From: Phoronis australis
Taxonomy: Eukaryota; Animalia; Phoronida
Reading direction: 5' to 3'
Assembly (NCBI GenBank): GCA_002633005.1
Contig: NMRA01000908.1
Span: forward strand, 20,839-84,838
DNA length: 64,000 bases
Position 1 is the stretch's first letter. Every line of letters begins with the position of its first letter. Both the position numbers and the translations under genes were made by a program. A model generated the notes under the pieces. That model did not search any database. It was not told the origin of the DNA and was given only the letters and a program-made list of their open reading frames with translations. Positions 51,064 to 64,000 of this stretch are shown in pieces.

Positions 51064-52200
51064 GGGAACATTCCACTATTTCGAAGGTTTAATACTCGTA
51101 AGGTTCACTATTCCGAAGGATCACTACTTCGACGATTCACCACTCCGAAGATTCGCCGCTCCAAAAATATCTAAACTTTCAAACTCAGACGTGAATTTTA
51201 AACTTTTCGGCATGCAAAAACAAACGATATTTCGGTTATTAGATGCATCTGTATCGAAAACAACACCCGGGCAGTAAAACACTTTGTTTGGATTCCATGT
51301 AGACAGTGACCACCGTCTCCAGGTAGATAGCACATTTAGAAACAGTAGTCAGATTTCATGTGCATGCGAAATTGCCTGCATGTCTTGAAATAAGTACGCA
51401 CTTACATTTTAAATGACATGAAGTAGAAGTAGGGCCTACAATTCATCAAATCCATGCCAGAATCGCATTGCAGTGCGACCCACACGGCCGAGTACAAACT
51501 AAATGAAGTTAGTAGGCCACCCTGTCCTTGCCAGCTCTCACTAAATCAGGGACTTTCATTTATTCTTTTTAAATTTGAAACCGCCGTTGGTCGCCGCAGC
51601 CGTGCCCCAGATGTTGCCTCTGCTTGAGAATGAGTCGTGATCACACAATCAGAGTAGTGAACTGTCGGAGTTCTGGGCCCAGCCTCGAATCTTTTTACTC
51701 AAAAGGAAACTCGAAATATTGTTTGGCATTTTTAAATCTACTTTTGTGCAAACTCAAGATAAGTGTCTATTACTTTATGCTCGAGTTCATAATGACTTCC
51801 GTGGGATGATTTATTAGTCCTAGTCTGCAGTTGACAAATCCAACATTAAAGGTAAAAGTTCGAGTTTGAACTGGAAATTTCGAGTTTTTAATCGAGTTTG
51901 TAGCACGAATATAAGGGTTTTTAAGTGCAAACTTGGACTAGAAATTCATATTCATAAACTATAATTATTCGACCACAGTCTGATAACCACGTATCTTGAG
52001 TTCGCACAAAACTCGCAAAGAAATTGGCAAAAATAATTTCGAGTTCGTTTCAAGCATAAAGATTAGAGACCGGGCCCTGGTTTTGGAATAGTGGAAATTC
52101 AAAGTATTGAATTCTAGAAGTTAACAAACCTTCGGAGTAATGGGCAATCGGAATACTGGACCTTCGGAGTATTGAACCTTCGTCATAGTGACATGGAACC
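51064..52200. mobile_element. Non-autonomous element with inverted ccgaagg / ccttcgg subterminal arrays and a nested MITE (~51675-52078)
   Basis: Left arm ttccgaagg repeats, right arm ccttcgga repeats. Nested TIRs ggccccagcctcgaatcttt / aaagattagagaccgggcc. Internal part is similar to 59225-59630. Confidence 0.6.
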
Positions 52201-54119
52201 TTGGAAATCTTTTCCATCAAGTTTGCAGCTCGTATGAAGTCTGCAGGGTTGTGCACCATTGACACTGATTGACTACAGATTTTCATTAACCAAAGTTAAG
52301 GTCTACGCCTACCTTTCCATCATAACGTGAAAATGCTCAAAGGTACATTCACAGTGCAACAAAACACGGCAGTTGAATGTCTGGTTTTTTAGCACGACGG
52401 AGGACTGCCTATAATGAACTTACTATCAGCGTATACTGAATTTAAAAGAACACCCCGGCCAACCCGCGATCGAGAACGACCGCAAGGCGATCGAGAACGA
52501 CCGCAAGGCGATTGAGAACGAAATTTGGCGCGAGAAGCAAAGCCAGGCAAGGTGAGTAAACTTGATGAATTGTCGTTGTTTTTGCTTCTAATGTGAAAAC
52601 AGATACATGACTTCAAGGCGTAACATATTGAGGAAGGACAGGTAGAGGTTTATGCTAGTGTCTCTTCCACTTATTGGAGAAAAGTTACGTTGAACAAGGC
52701 ATCGCATGAGCCGAAGGTGATTTGTATGTCATTTTGGCAAATTACCGTTATTTTTGGCACTGAATCATTAAATTGACCATGGAGTTATGAAGAAATAACG
52801 TGTGAAAATATAACGCAACTCTTGTTTTTTGTAGTTTTGTCAGAAACTCTGATTTTTCGACACTTTTCTGCTGAAAGATGCGAACGAGAACGCAAAGATA
52901 AGTGATCGGGAACTTGTGATTGTTTAAGCGATGGGGAACGCATCGTGGTGTGTCGAACAGTAATGAACTATTTACTTATAAAACGTGGAAAAGGTTACAA
53001 AATAAGTGTGGTGCAATGAATTAATCACATTTTGTGTCATTACTATGTTACTTTCGTATCAAAACTGAACAACAGCATAGTATTGCCATGAGCACTACAT
53101 GTACATGTACATCAAGCATAATTTTAGTTTCACAAACGAATTTATTTTCATTTCAGGAAACAAGTTCACTGTCATTGTGAGGCTAGCTTCAACGAACATG
53201 TTAACCAAGACGTGAAGGTACACCCTACCGAGGTTTTGAAGAGTACATGAATCCACTTTTAGACGAAACCACTGAGAATAAGGGTTTCTAAACTAAAGAC
53301 TCACCCAGGAGTTGTTCCATGTGGCTTGTCAGGGGTGAACAAATTGTTGCAGCACTGAGATGAAAGCGAGTGTAGAACCTTTTTGTAAAATTGTGACAGC
53401 AAAAGGAAGAAAGAATGATGATGAGCTTGCCCATGGGAGGGGAGTGCGGCAATACTTCACGAGATGATTCAAAGATTCCCACTCATAAACGTCTGGGATC
53501 TTAAAATTGACCAGAAGTTGTGTAAACTGGTGTGCTGATAAAACGGGTGGGATTTTACTTGATGTTTTACTGATGACACAATACAGAGACCAACAGATTG
53601 ACTTATAGCACCCGTGTGGCTTGAATGTACATTGTGTTTGACTCTTCTCATTTGTAGTCTTGGTCCTAAGTTCACCTGCATCATCAGTTCATGATTTCCA
53701 GTTTAATGTGACATTGAAAAAGATTGAGATAGTTATAATACACATACTATATTGTGATTTTCTCAAAACATAGTCAATATGTTGTCATTAACGTCACTTC
53801 AACTACACACTGTAGTGATTTACACAGGAAATCAACAGTACTATAGCATTTCTTTTATGATATTAATCTTTTATCACAATACCTCAAAATTGGTCTTATA
53901 AAATATATAAATTTATTGCTTTAGGGAAATCAACAAATCCACTGAACATTTCAAACGAATTACTTTTGGAATGTATTGGACTAAGTCATCATTGAATCAA
54001 TGTATTTACGACTGATTGATAGTATAATAGTCTCTCTCAGGAAATCAACAACATTATGGAAGTAATGTGTACAATAATCATAGACATATATTTTCTTTTA
54101 AAATACTACATGGTCAAAA

Positions 54120-55893
54120 CAATGGGGCTATTCGGAAAATCTGAAATAACTAGAGGGCGTGAGTGTACTAGTGGTGATAGATTAACAGCCTCGATTTCGC
54201 AAGCCCTTTAAATGCATGATGAAATGGCTTGCAGCCGTGCCAACTGAATCTGAGATTGCGTAAAAAGGGTGCTTCTATGAAAGGAAGTAAGCACGACCTC
54301 CTACAAAGGTAAGGTTTGTGATTATTTTAACTATTATTCCATGATTATTCTACCGATGCCTGTTAACTGAGGCACTCGCCGATGTCGACTTCGCGGCAGT
54401 CAGTCGCCAGCCAGAGTCTGGTTAATCTTTGTATGTTGTGATGTGTGATACGATATTTGACGTAGCAATCGGGATCTTTTCGTACATCAAAGCATTATTA
54501 TTGTTTGGAATGATTTCTAAAAGTTTATCAGTGACAGTTACATCAATCAATGCTGAATTTTATGCTGTCAACTCGATACAGGTTGAGTTAAGATTACAAT
54601 CCAACCCCAATGGCAAAGGGTACGTGAGTGATAAATATCCATTGCATTAGACTATTTGTTTACTCCCTATCATATGTCTTCTGGAAATCTATTACACGTT
54701 GAAATGGAAATCTATCACGTCAGTTTTCACGTAACCTTTGGTTTTTAGGTTTGAAGGCTTGTNNNNNNNNNNNNNNNNNNNNNNNNNNNNNNNNNNNNNN
54801 NNNNNNNNNNNNNNNNNNNNNNNNNNNNNNNNNNNNNNNNNNNNNNNNNNNNNNNNNNNNNNNNNNNNNNNNNNNNNNNNNNNNNNNNNNNNNNNNNNNN
54901 NNNNNNNNNNNNNNNNNNNNNNNNNNNNNNNNNNNNNNNNNNNNNNNNNNNNNNNNNNNNNNNNNNNNNNNNNNNNNNNNNNNNNNNNNNNNNNNNNNNN
55001 NNNNNNNNNNNNNNNNNNNNNNNNNNNNNNNNNNNNNNNNNNNNNNNNNNNNNNNNNNNNNNNNNNNNNNNNNNNNNNNNNNNNNNNNNNNNNNNNNNNN
55101 NNNNNNNNNNNNNNNNNNNNNNNNNNNNNNNNNNNNNNNNNNNNNNNNNNNNNNNNNNNNNNNNNNNNNNNNNNNNNNNNNNNNNNNNNNNNNNNNNNNN
55201 NNNNNNNNNNNNNNNNNNNNNNNNNNNNNNNNNNNNNNNNNNNNNNNNNNNNNNNNNNNNNNNNNNNNNNNNNNNNNNNNNNNNNNNNNNNNNNNNNNNN
55301 NNNNNNNNNNNNNNNNNNNNNNNNNNNNNNNNNNNNNNNNNNNNNNNNNNNNNNNNNNNNNNNNNNNNNNNNNNNNNNNNNNNNNNNNNNNNNNNNNNNN
55401 NNNNNNNNNNNNNNNNNNNNNNNNNNNNNNNNNNNNNNNNNNNNNNNNNNNNNNNNNNNNNNNNNNNNNNNNNNNNNNNNNNNNNNNNNNNNNNNNNNNN
55501 NNNNNNNNNNNNNNNNNNNNNNNNNNNNNNNNNNNNNNNNNNNNNNNNNNNNNNNNNNNNNNNNNNNNNNNNNNNNNNNNNNNNNNNNNNNNNNNNNNNN
55601 NNNNNNNNNNNNNNNNNNNNNNNNNNNNNNNNNNNNNNNNNTCAGTTAGTTGACCCTGTTGACCGCAATTGTCCACGAATATAGTAACCTTAGGTCTTTT
55701 GGGAATTTGTGGCCACCTGTCGAAGACTTGCACCAGGGAAATTAGCAGTAATAAGGCTTAGCGCGACGACGTATTTTGATAAAAATTCCATCTTTTACCA
55801 TTTGTTTACATGCAGACAGCCACGCATGCGCAATTCAATCACCACTAGTACAGCAGCGACACCGCGAGGAGAATTCTCCGAATAGCCCCATTG
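54120..55893. mobile_element. Unclassified TIR element spanning the assembly gap
   Basis: TIR caatggggctattcgga / tccgaatagccccattg, plus inner inverted tgtactagtggtgat / atcaccactagtaca. Confidence 0.7.
54763..55641. other. Assembly gap (879 N)
   Basis: Run of N. Confidence 1.
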
Positions 55894-58800
55894 TATGTAA
55901 GTATTGCCCAATGACACTTAGTATGGCGATTTAAATCTATTTAAACCCTACAAAAATGTAGTGGTTCTGTTAAAGATCCTCTTGAAATAACACAAATAAA
56001 GAAAGAAATTTGAGGAAAAAAGGTTCAAAACAAAACGTCAAAATACTATCTTATCAGACAACTACAAACCACAGACCCTGTAAATCTGAATAAACTAAAG
56101 TGACTTAACAACCTTCACCACTGGACTTAATGATTTCATTCATGTCGTTTCTGCTTGCTATGCCTGTAGAAGTAGGCATACTGTTTGAATGACATGCCAC
56201 ATTCACCACAAAAAGGAGTGCTCTCGTGCTGTGATGCAATGTCGCATCAGACACTGAATCGACTTGGTTTCTGAGCACGATGCTTCATGCCGTGTTTTCC
56301 TTTCTTGTTCAAAAAACTCTTGACGCACGCAACGCGTCAATCACAGAGCTGGTAAAGGTCTTGCTTTGTTGTAGTATCACTGTATTTTATTGCCATGTGG
56401 TCATACTAAGTCGATTTCTTAGTTCCTGAACTAGCGCACAAACACACACTCCATTATGAGATGCAGCAGCTCTACTACTCTTTTTTGAAGGCGTCAACGT
56501 TAACACCCTGAAGGACTCCTCGTGTGGCTATACAGTTCAACGGAAAAAAGTCAAACGCACTCAGTTATGTTTTTTAGGCTAAATCTCACTTAGAAATAAT
56601 GAAAAAAATCGATGAAATGCAATTAATAATCAACCATCAAATAATTCAGGCTCCGTCTTATTCTAAAATTAGTGTACCGTAACTTGAACAACTATTCATG
56701 CCAATGCAGAGAAAAAAATTGCGTTCACGATCGCCATAGAGAATTAACGACATCGTTCCCGATCGCCGTCTCACACAAGGACCTGCATGCATTAGTAAAT
56801 ATCTCAAATTGTTTCACAAATTATAACTAACAAAGATGTCACCAGGGACGATTAAACTATAAACGTCACACGTCTCTTCTTAAGAAGCCTGGAATTGCAA
56901 ATAACAAGCAGAAATTGTCGATTTTACAAGGCGCAAGGGATTTTACCGAAAGCCATTGCTTTCTGAGCTATTTATTTTAAAATAAGCAAAAACCAAGTAT
57001 TATTTCAGATCCACAACAAAGGTTGCACTCTGACGCTTTTCTGTGTGTAGCATTCGTACCAAAATGGCCTCTATTTAAACAGAAAATGACACTTAAACTC
57101 ACCGGGTACGTGACTGTCGTCTGCCATTTTTGGTGTAAGGTATCGTTCTCGAACGCCTTCCGGGCGTTTTCGATCGCCGGTTGGCCGGGGTGAAGAACAG
57201 AAACGTTCAAACGTGCACACCATGCATGTCACATGGGCGGCGCACCATAGGTGTGGTTACCAGTAAAGTTAATCTAGCTCAATTTTTGAGTATCATTCTC
57301 TTGGCTCCCATGACCACACCCAGCAAAGTGAACCTGCCAGACGGCCATTTCCAAGCATTTGTATACCCACAGAGCACTGTGGCACCAAAGAAAATTGGTT
57401 ACCTTTTCATGTCCAACAAAGCTCTGAGATCCTGATTTATATTCATTTGCGGCGACTGGTGTGATATTTGGTTTTACTTCCGACAAGTACGTCGTCTGTT
57501 CGCCATGTTTGTTTGTTGTGTAGTCAGCTGCACAAAATGTTGACTAGCCGACGAAAAGCCAATGGTAGCCACTTTGCCTCGATTTGGATAGACGATTTTG
57601 CGCTTCTGAGCATCTGTGTTAAAGTTTTAGCGCTCTTGAAACGTTTCAGACATGTTAAATGAAACTAACATCAATGGATCCAGAAACAGCCAGTATCTGA
57701 ATTCTATCAGTCTGCTCTATGGGACGTTTGTTTTCAAGTGAGCGCAAAAACGATGACACCGTAGGTAATCGACACATACTATAGTTTCAACAAAAGGACG
57801 TGAAGATTTTTATATAAAAATATCATAAATAATGTTATATTGAGACGTATATGCTTTTTATTTTGCCAAAAGTACTAATTTGTGAAGTATTCGCTTCTTC
57901 ATAAAGATCTACATTAAATGCAACAATATCACTTCAAACTCTTCATTCGGTCGCGCATTACAGGATGTCGAAAAATTCCTCGCCTTGTATCTTGGCAGGT
58001 CATCGAAGCCGGCCTCAAATTAGCCCCGGGGTTAAACTTCTATGCAAAATTAATGCCAGTGTAGCACGAGGAAGAATCCACTGGGCTTCTGGTGCTACTT
58101 GCATGTATCTTTTTACCTCGTTTCAATATTTGGATGCTCCATTCATACGTATGCAGGCCGGACAAATAATCTAATTTCCAACAAGTTGACCCAGCGATGT
58201 GATTTTTTTTCTTTTGAAAACGAATTATGTTGTTAGAAGAACAAAATCAAGAAGAGGATTTTTTATACTTGAAGACGAAGTCATCAACCGTCTCGAAGTT
58301 CGCCCAGTTTTTATCTTTGGAACACGATGGCTTGTATGGTCCTGCAATGTACCGTTTCTAGTGTTTTGATGACGTAATGTTAATTTTTAAAGCATGCACG
58401 GTCAGATTCAATATCAAGTGGGAGTTAAACAGCACTAAGAAAAATCCATTTCCTTTATAGGACCAGATGTTAATGAGCATCTTACTTCTGTTGTGATCAC
58501 GTGAGTGATCGCTAAATACGGGAGTAAGATATACTCCCAAATTATCGATAATTGAAGTCAATCTTTTTGTCTTTGTATGTAGGAGTATGTTTATACGAGT
58601 AGTCCGTACAGGTTTCATACATGTAGATTATGTGTCTGAAGTTAGCAAATGCTACATGTATGCTAAAGAACACAAGGTTCTGTTGAATTACTTGATAATT
58701 GCGATTTATTTGTGCACCCCGTTCTCACAAAACTCATAACAAATTAATCCCATTATTAAACGTAGCGCATTACAATTGAACTAAGTACGTAATTAGCTAT

Positions 58801-60867
58801 GCATTCATGTTTTGTTGTGCTGATGCGATATTAAAATTAAACTCATTTTATATTCAAATTAATTTGTTGATGAACAAGCTAATTTCCAAAAACAGCATGA
58901 GTCCATCAAATACATGAAACGGTCGCTGTCAAAGCTTCTAATATTTTGTTAAATGCCAATTTATTCAGACCTTCATACACTGGATACTCCATTAAAACGC
59001 GCCTTCCATCCATAATAGGGCCAGTATATTCAAAGAACAAATGCCTTTCTTTAGTAATGCCTCAGTGTTTGCCAGTTTCGATTTTCATTTGATTCTTTGA
59101 ACACCTAAGGGTGCAAGATCTGAAATGAAACACTTCCAGCTAGAAACTGACATATTCTTAAAGAATGAGTCACTCTATTTTATTTCTATTCCATGCAGCC
59201 ATTGTTCTTGGTCTGCGTCAATGCACCTAAACAACGCCCGGTAATATAATACTTTGTTTGGATTTCATGCGCATGCGAAATTACCTGCATGTTTTACGAT
59301 CACGGAAAATGAGTACGTTAGTGCATTTTAAAAATAATATGAAGTAGGAATACTTATGAATTATCAACCACTACAAATTCATCAAATCATGTCAATACTG
59401 CAACATTTCACAGAGCGATTGACAAATTTAGGGCCGCTGCGCTTCAATCTCACCCACTGGAACCACAAACACGGCTGGGTTAAAATGAAATTTAGATAGC
59501 AGACTGCCCTGTCCGTGCCAGTCTTCACAAAGTCAGCGAGTCAAATTCAGTCTTCTTAACTTTAAAACCGTTGGTCGCCGCAGGCCTGACCCGTGACCAG
59601 ATGTTGTCCATTCTTGAGAATGAGTCGATATTTAGATTCAAGAATCACGATTGGCAGTGATTGGAACTGAGCTCATTTGTAAACAATGTAACCAATATTT
59701 TAAGAGTAACCAACTCTTCACCCTTTAAATATTTAATACATGATGGGTAGAAATCCAATACAGAAGCAACTTTGCTGCCATGAGATTGTGTGCCTACAGA
59801 GAATTGGTCTAAGCATTTCCGTTGACTACTATAGAGACTCCAGCAAGTATTGAACTGGTGACCATTTCTACGCATGATGCCTTCCTTAGTGTGCTTATAA
59901 AACCCTGAAAACGCATGAGTAAAGAATTTTGGCAATTCATAATCTCCCATTTTCAACGTTTTAAGGAAATATCACAAAGTATGCAGTGAAGAAAATGAAA
60001 GGCAAACGAGAAGAAGAGCAATATACCTGAAAGGTGTCAGGAAGTTTTGACCTTTGGTCCCTAGGATGAACTTGAGTTTGACCCCACGTCAATAATATAA
60101 GGTCAAAAATGGACTCCGTTAGACAAATACTACATAATGGTTCATTCGTTTGAAAGCACTTTCCACTGTTAACCCTTCCCATTGTTTGATTAGTGTAAGT
60201 CACTAATTTATTCTAGTTTTTTGACACCGAAATCCTCACGCTTTATCAGCTTCGTAAGGGGATAAACTTCTTCGATGTGGGGAAATGTACAGAACATGAT
60301 GTCTTTGTTCTTTCAGTAATATTTCAAAAGATTTGCCTTTTTCGTAAGAAATTAGTACATTCTGCCGCACAACAATGGAAATTTGGCTGGATTATAATAG
60401 CAGGAAAGGTGTTAAAACGCTGTTCATACCAGTAGATTGAAATCTCCCTCCCGCATTGTTATTTGTAGGTGGCGCTGAACGCCCGTCGTCCAAAGTCTTG
60501 ATCGCCATCTGGCGGTTTAGTAAATTTCAATATGGTGCGGCTATTTCAAAAGTGAGCTATTGAAAAAATGACCAAGGCGAACTAATTACAACCAAGCTAA
60601 GGCTGTTGCCATTATGTTTGACATATTTCATCAAACCAGTCTTTTACACGGGGTCCTAAACAATCGCCGGGATCCAAATAATCGCAAAACGGGAACAAAT
60701 CACTGGTGCTCTGGTGGTTCATAACGCCTCCTAATGAATACTGGGGGATATCACACATTCAAACGGGCAATTATCGACTTGTCCTACGGATGGTCACTAA
60801 CAATTCCAATCCCTTGCTCAATGCTGTTTAAAGGTACACAACTAACGTATGCGTGTTATGTTTTCAG

Positions 60868-63023
60868 TGTTCCAGACATGCGGCGTTTCCTGTGATTCTC
60901 AGCCTTCTAAGCCACAGTTGTATCAAGCCTGTGGTATTTCGTGTTCATCTCCTTTCGTGGAAGATAGGGGACACCGTCAGAAACAAGTCTGTTATTGTGA
61001 TCAATTCTGCACTGACTTCGGCGATTGTTGTCATGACTACAAACCAAGTGCAACACATTTCACGTCAATCGACCTCTACACAGAATGTCTGACGTTAGAT
61101 TACAGCATTTACCCTTTCGGTAGTAAAGTGATCTCGCGCTGTCCGGATGATTTTACCAACGGTAATGTTACCAGAAAGTGCCATTATGGAAACGAAAGCG
61201 ACGTATTCCAGACTGTGCCCGTGAACGGATTCTTGAGAGATGGTAGGTATTACTCTTTCCGGAACATTTATTGCGCAGTCTGTCATCGTGCGGACGTGTC
61301 ACAGATTCTCAGAAAAGCTACATTTTGGGAAACCGGCATCCTCCCTATATCTGAATTTGATTGGATGACAAACGCAGAGAAAACAACTGTCTTGAAATAC
61401 GTCATGCAAAATCACACCGGCACAGCACGGGTACGATCGATCTTCAAGTCAAGGTTGTTTAGATTTTTTATTATGGCACCATCGCTCACTCACCATTGCA
61501 ATGTACGGGTAGAACCCAATAGCACAGAATGCACGAAAAGCTGCCCAAGTAACGCGGCGGAATGCTCGTCATACATGTATTTCTCAGACTACTTTCCAGA
61601 TACTAACGATAGTGTTAAATTGCAATTCGCACGTTGTCCAGAAGGTGGCTGGCCAAGGTTATTTTGTTTCGACCCACGTTCACTACCCAAGCAAGAGTCT
61701 ACCAGTTTTTCTCATCTACTGGACTTCACAGGGCTAAGTGACGAATTTAGTCTGAAGATAAGTTCGTCCTCTCTAAAATGTTCCGAAAACAGTATATATG
61801 ACAAGCACGCACACAAATGTCGGCCATTAGTTTGTACACCGAAGGAATATAGAATGATTGATGGGTCGTGTGGTCAAGGAGCTACGAACTTGAACAATAT
61901 TTCTTTGAATAATACTGTTACTGCCAACGAATCTTTCTATTTTGAGTGTCCATTGATCACATACACAAACGACGAGTATGAAGTGAAAGACGACATTGCA
62001 TATGTAAACTCTGGATTGTCGTTTAAGCCAGTTGACTACTTCATTCATGGGAACTTACTGTATGTGTGCAATCCATTCACGAATGGGAGTGGTCTTCGGT
62101 TTTTTGAATACAACAAAACCCAGTACAAACTGACGCTCGCTGGAAACGTGATCAGTTTATGTGGTCTATCGATATTTGTGCTGACGTACACACTTTTCAA
62201 AGAACTGCGAACACTGCCTGGTCAAATTATGATGAACCTCGCTATAACACTTTTCATGGCGCAACTGATAATGTTAACTGCAATTGATCGTACTGAATTT
62301 CCAGCATTATGTAAGACAGTGGCTATAGTGGAACATTTCCTGTGGTTGTGCGCGTTCTTTTGGATGAACAGTATGTGTTTTTGTATTTTCAGAACTTTTC
62401 ATAAAATTATGGAGAAGCGGCAACCGTCCCCGCCTGCAATTTATAAGTATATCCTGTATTCTGTACTGAGCCCTTTATTGATAATTGCCACTTGCGTTAC
62501 GTTGGAATTCGCCACCGATGTACCTTTCCAATATGCAAATGAGGAGAGGTGCTGGATTTCCGGTTACGAATCAATTCTTTATGGTTTTGCGATGCCCTTA
62601 GCGATTGTCATATTCTTTAATATCATTTTCATCGTCTTTGCGATTATCCAGCTTATAAGAATTAAGCGTCAAGTTAGAAAACATGTCAAGAACAACGGTG
62701 AAAATAGCCGCGTGCTTTTGATAACAGGAAAACTTTCTACTGTTATGGGAAGCGCATGGACATTTGGCTATTTAGGGGCTCTAACTGGAAGTCACGTGCT
62801 ATGGTATCTTTTCATCATATTCAACTCACTGCAAGGTTTCTTCATATTCCTTGCTTACATCTGCAGAAAAAGTATTTTCTTGAAATACCGGAAGTTTTTT
62901 TCGAGGAAGAAGAGCTCCAATCGTGCGTCATCCTTAACCTACGGTCACCGGATATCCCCTGAGATTGGGTGTAGCGATTATACCAACAACACTGAGTTAA
63001 ATAACTTAGAAACTAACATGTAA
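60868..63023 (+). CDS. Receptor B, main coding exon: somatomedin-B-like Cys-rich ectodomain plus class-B (Methuselah-like/adhesion-like) 7TM GPCR
   Basis: Uninterrupted frame, collinear paralog of 2009-4173. Branch-point-like actaac at 60841-60846 and acceptor ttttcag at 60861-60867; same SMB-like and 7TM motifs. Confidence 0.93.
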
Positions 63024-63548
63024 TCTAAAAATTGTATTATTGTTGCAGTTTTAGAAACAAGAACACGTATCTCTACACAAGGAGTACTTTTCAACGAATT
63101 AATCAGTCCTCCTTTCCGCGCCCGTAGTAAGAGATGAAAAGGATAGCTGAGTAGGTGAACTTGGCGTAACTAAGGACCAGGCGACTATCTCTTACATTCG
63201 TACACGTCTTACCCTAAGGGTTATCCATGGGGTTGTCTGTTCTTAATATTTGTTATGTAATGGTTGGTGTTTTAAAAAGTGGCTTCACTTTAACGTCTGC
63301 AGTCTTAAAACGGATCGTAGAATTTCACAAGTCCACTTTAAGAATTTGCTCCTCGCTTTTACGTTATCCAGTATACACAATGGCTTACAGTGGGTTCATT
63401 TCATGTCTTTTATAAATTACATGTGTGTCTATGTTTTTGAGCTTACAAAAGATTTTGAAAATATACGCTTTTATGTGTTAAAACTTGCTAATTTCGAAAA
63501 CAGCCAGATGCTTTAACATAGTGGATCACATTGGACATAATGGACCTG

Positions 63549-63700
63549 TACCCTGTTGCATGAAATAGTCCCAAACAGAGGCTCAATCAAGTTCCCTAAA
63601 TCTTCTGCGTATTAGTGGGCTCATGAAAACAATGGTTGACCTTTCTTAAGCAGTTTAACTATCATTATTAAGCCAAATTTTGGCTTTGATACAAATCGAA
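63549..63700. mobile_element. Partial copy of the 21610-22029 MITE family
   Basis: gttgcatgaaatagtcccaaa..caagttccctaaatc matches that element's TIR. Confidence 0.65.
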
Positions 63701-63784
63701 TTCTATAAATACAGTATCTTTTCATGCTCCGCCTCTGGACTACATGCTAAGGGTTTTGACGTCCTAATGGTTTTGATGAATTAT

Positions 63785-63804
63785 ACACACGCGCGCACAT
63801 ACAC

Positions 63805-63854
<50 letters not shown>

Positions 63855-63867
63855 ATATATATATATA
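63785..63867. repeat. (CA)/(TA)n microsatellite
   Basis: Long TA run. Confidence 0.95.
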
Positions 63868-64000
63868 ACATTTATTGTGCATCGTTGGCTTCGCCTACAC
63901 ATACATAAATACATAAACTGAAATGTATATCCAGATCATTTACACATAGAGCAGTTCTTCATTCAAAATCATAGCCTTCTGAATATACAATGCAAGACGG

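Larger units (their letters stand above)
48278..60770. repeat. Copy 2 of the intronic duplication, expanded by insertions at ~49665-56830 and ~59177-59880
   Basis: Collinear with copy 1 (paired ORFs 44183/48811 and 46114/57965); ends with the same cacattcaaacgggcaa. Confidence 0.9.

Noticed and set aside
54720-55733. 300-337-aa ORFs
   Set aside because: Artefacts of the N gap.
60849-60867. ORF-track start MRVMFS for receptor B (and the GTG start at 4174 for A)
   Set aside because: Lies in the branch-point/polypyrimidine/acceptor region, is not conserved as an ATG in the paralog and gives no signal peptide.

Overview
AT-rich, repeat-dense eukaryotic DNA, most likely from an invertebrate animal; nothing here looks prokaryotic. 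The window is built around two paralogous receptor genes pointing away from each other. Both encode a somatomedin-B-like Cys-rich ectodomain plus a class-B/Methuselah-like 7TM region. Gene A lies on the minus strand (coding exons 11393-11339 and 4173-2009, 739 aa) and gene B on the plus strand (43325-43379 and 60868-63023, 736 aa). The ORF track misses their 55-nt signal-peptide exons. Mirror-image homology also covers intron blocks, a putative non-coding first exon and a CCAAT-containing promoter (about 22.7-23.5 kb vs 38.6-40.15 kb), so the locus is an old inverted duplication spanning about 60 kb. It has since been filled with nested transposon debris: LINE 3' ends, two Penelope-like GIY-YIG remnants, solo LTRs with 5-bp TSDs, Sola3-like and Kolobok-like transposase remnants, MITEs, a tRNA-derived SINE, a Helentron-like hairpin element and a ~140/281-bp dimeric satellite. 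A decayed Mab-21/cGAS-like receptor fragment may lie in the spacer. Two tandem duplications joined at single Ns may be haplotype or assembly artefacts. All alignments and family calls were made by eye, without database searches.
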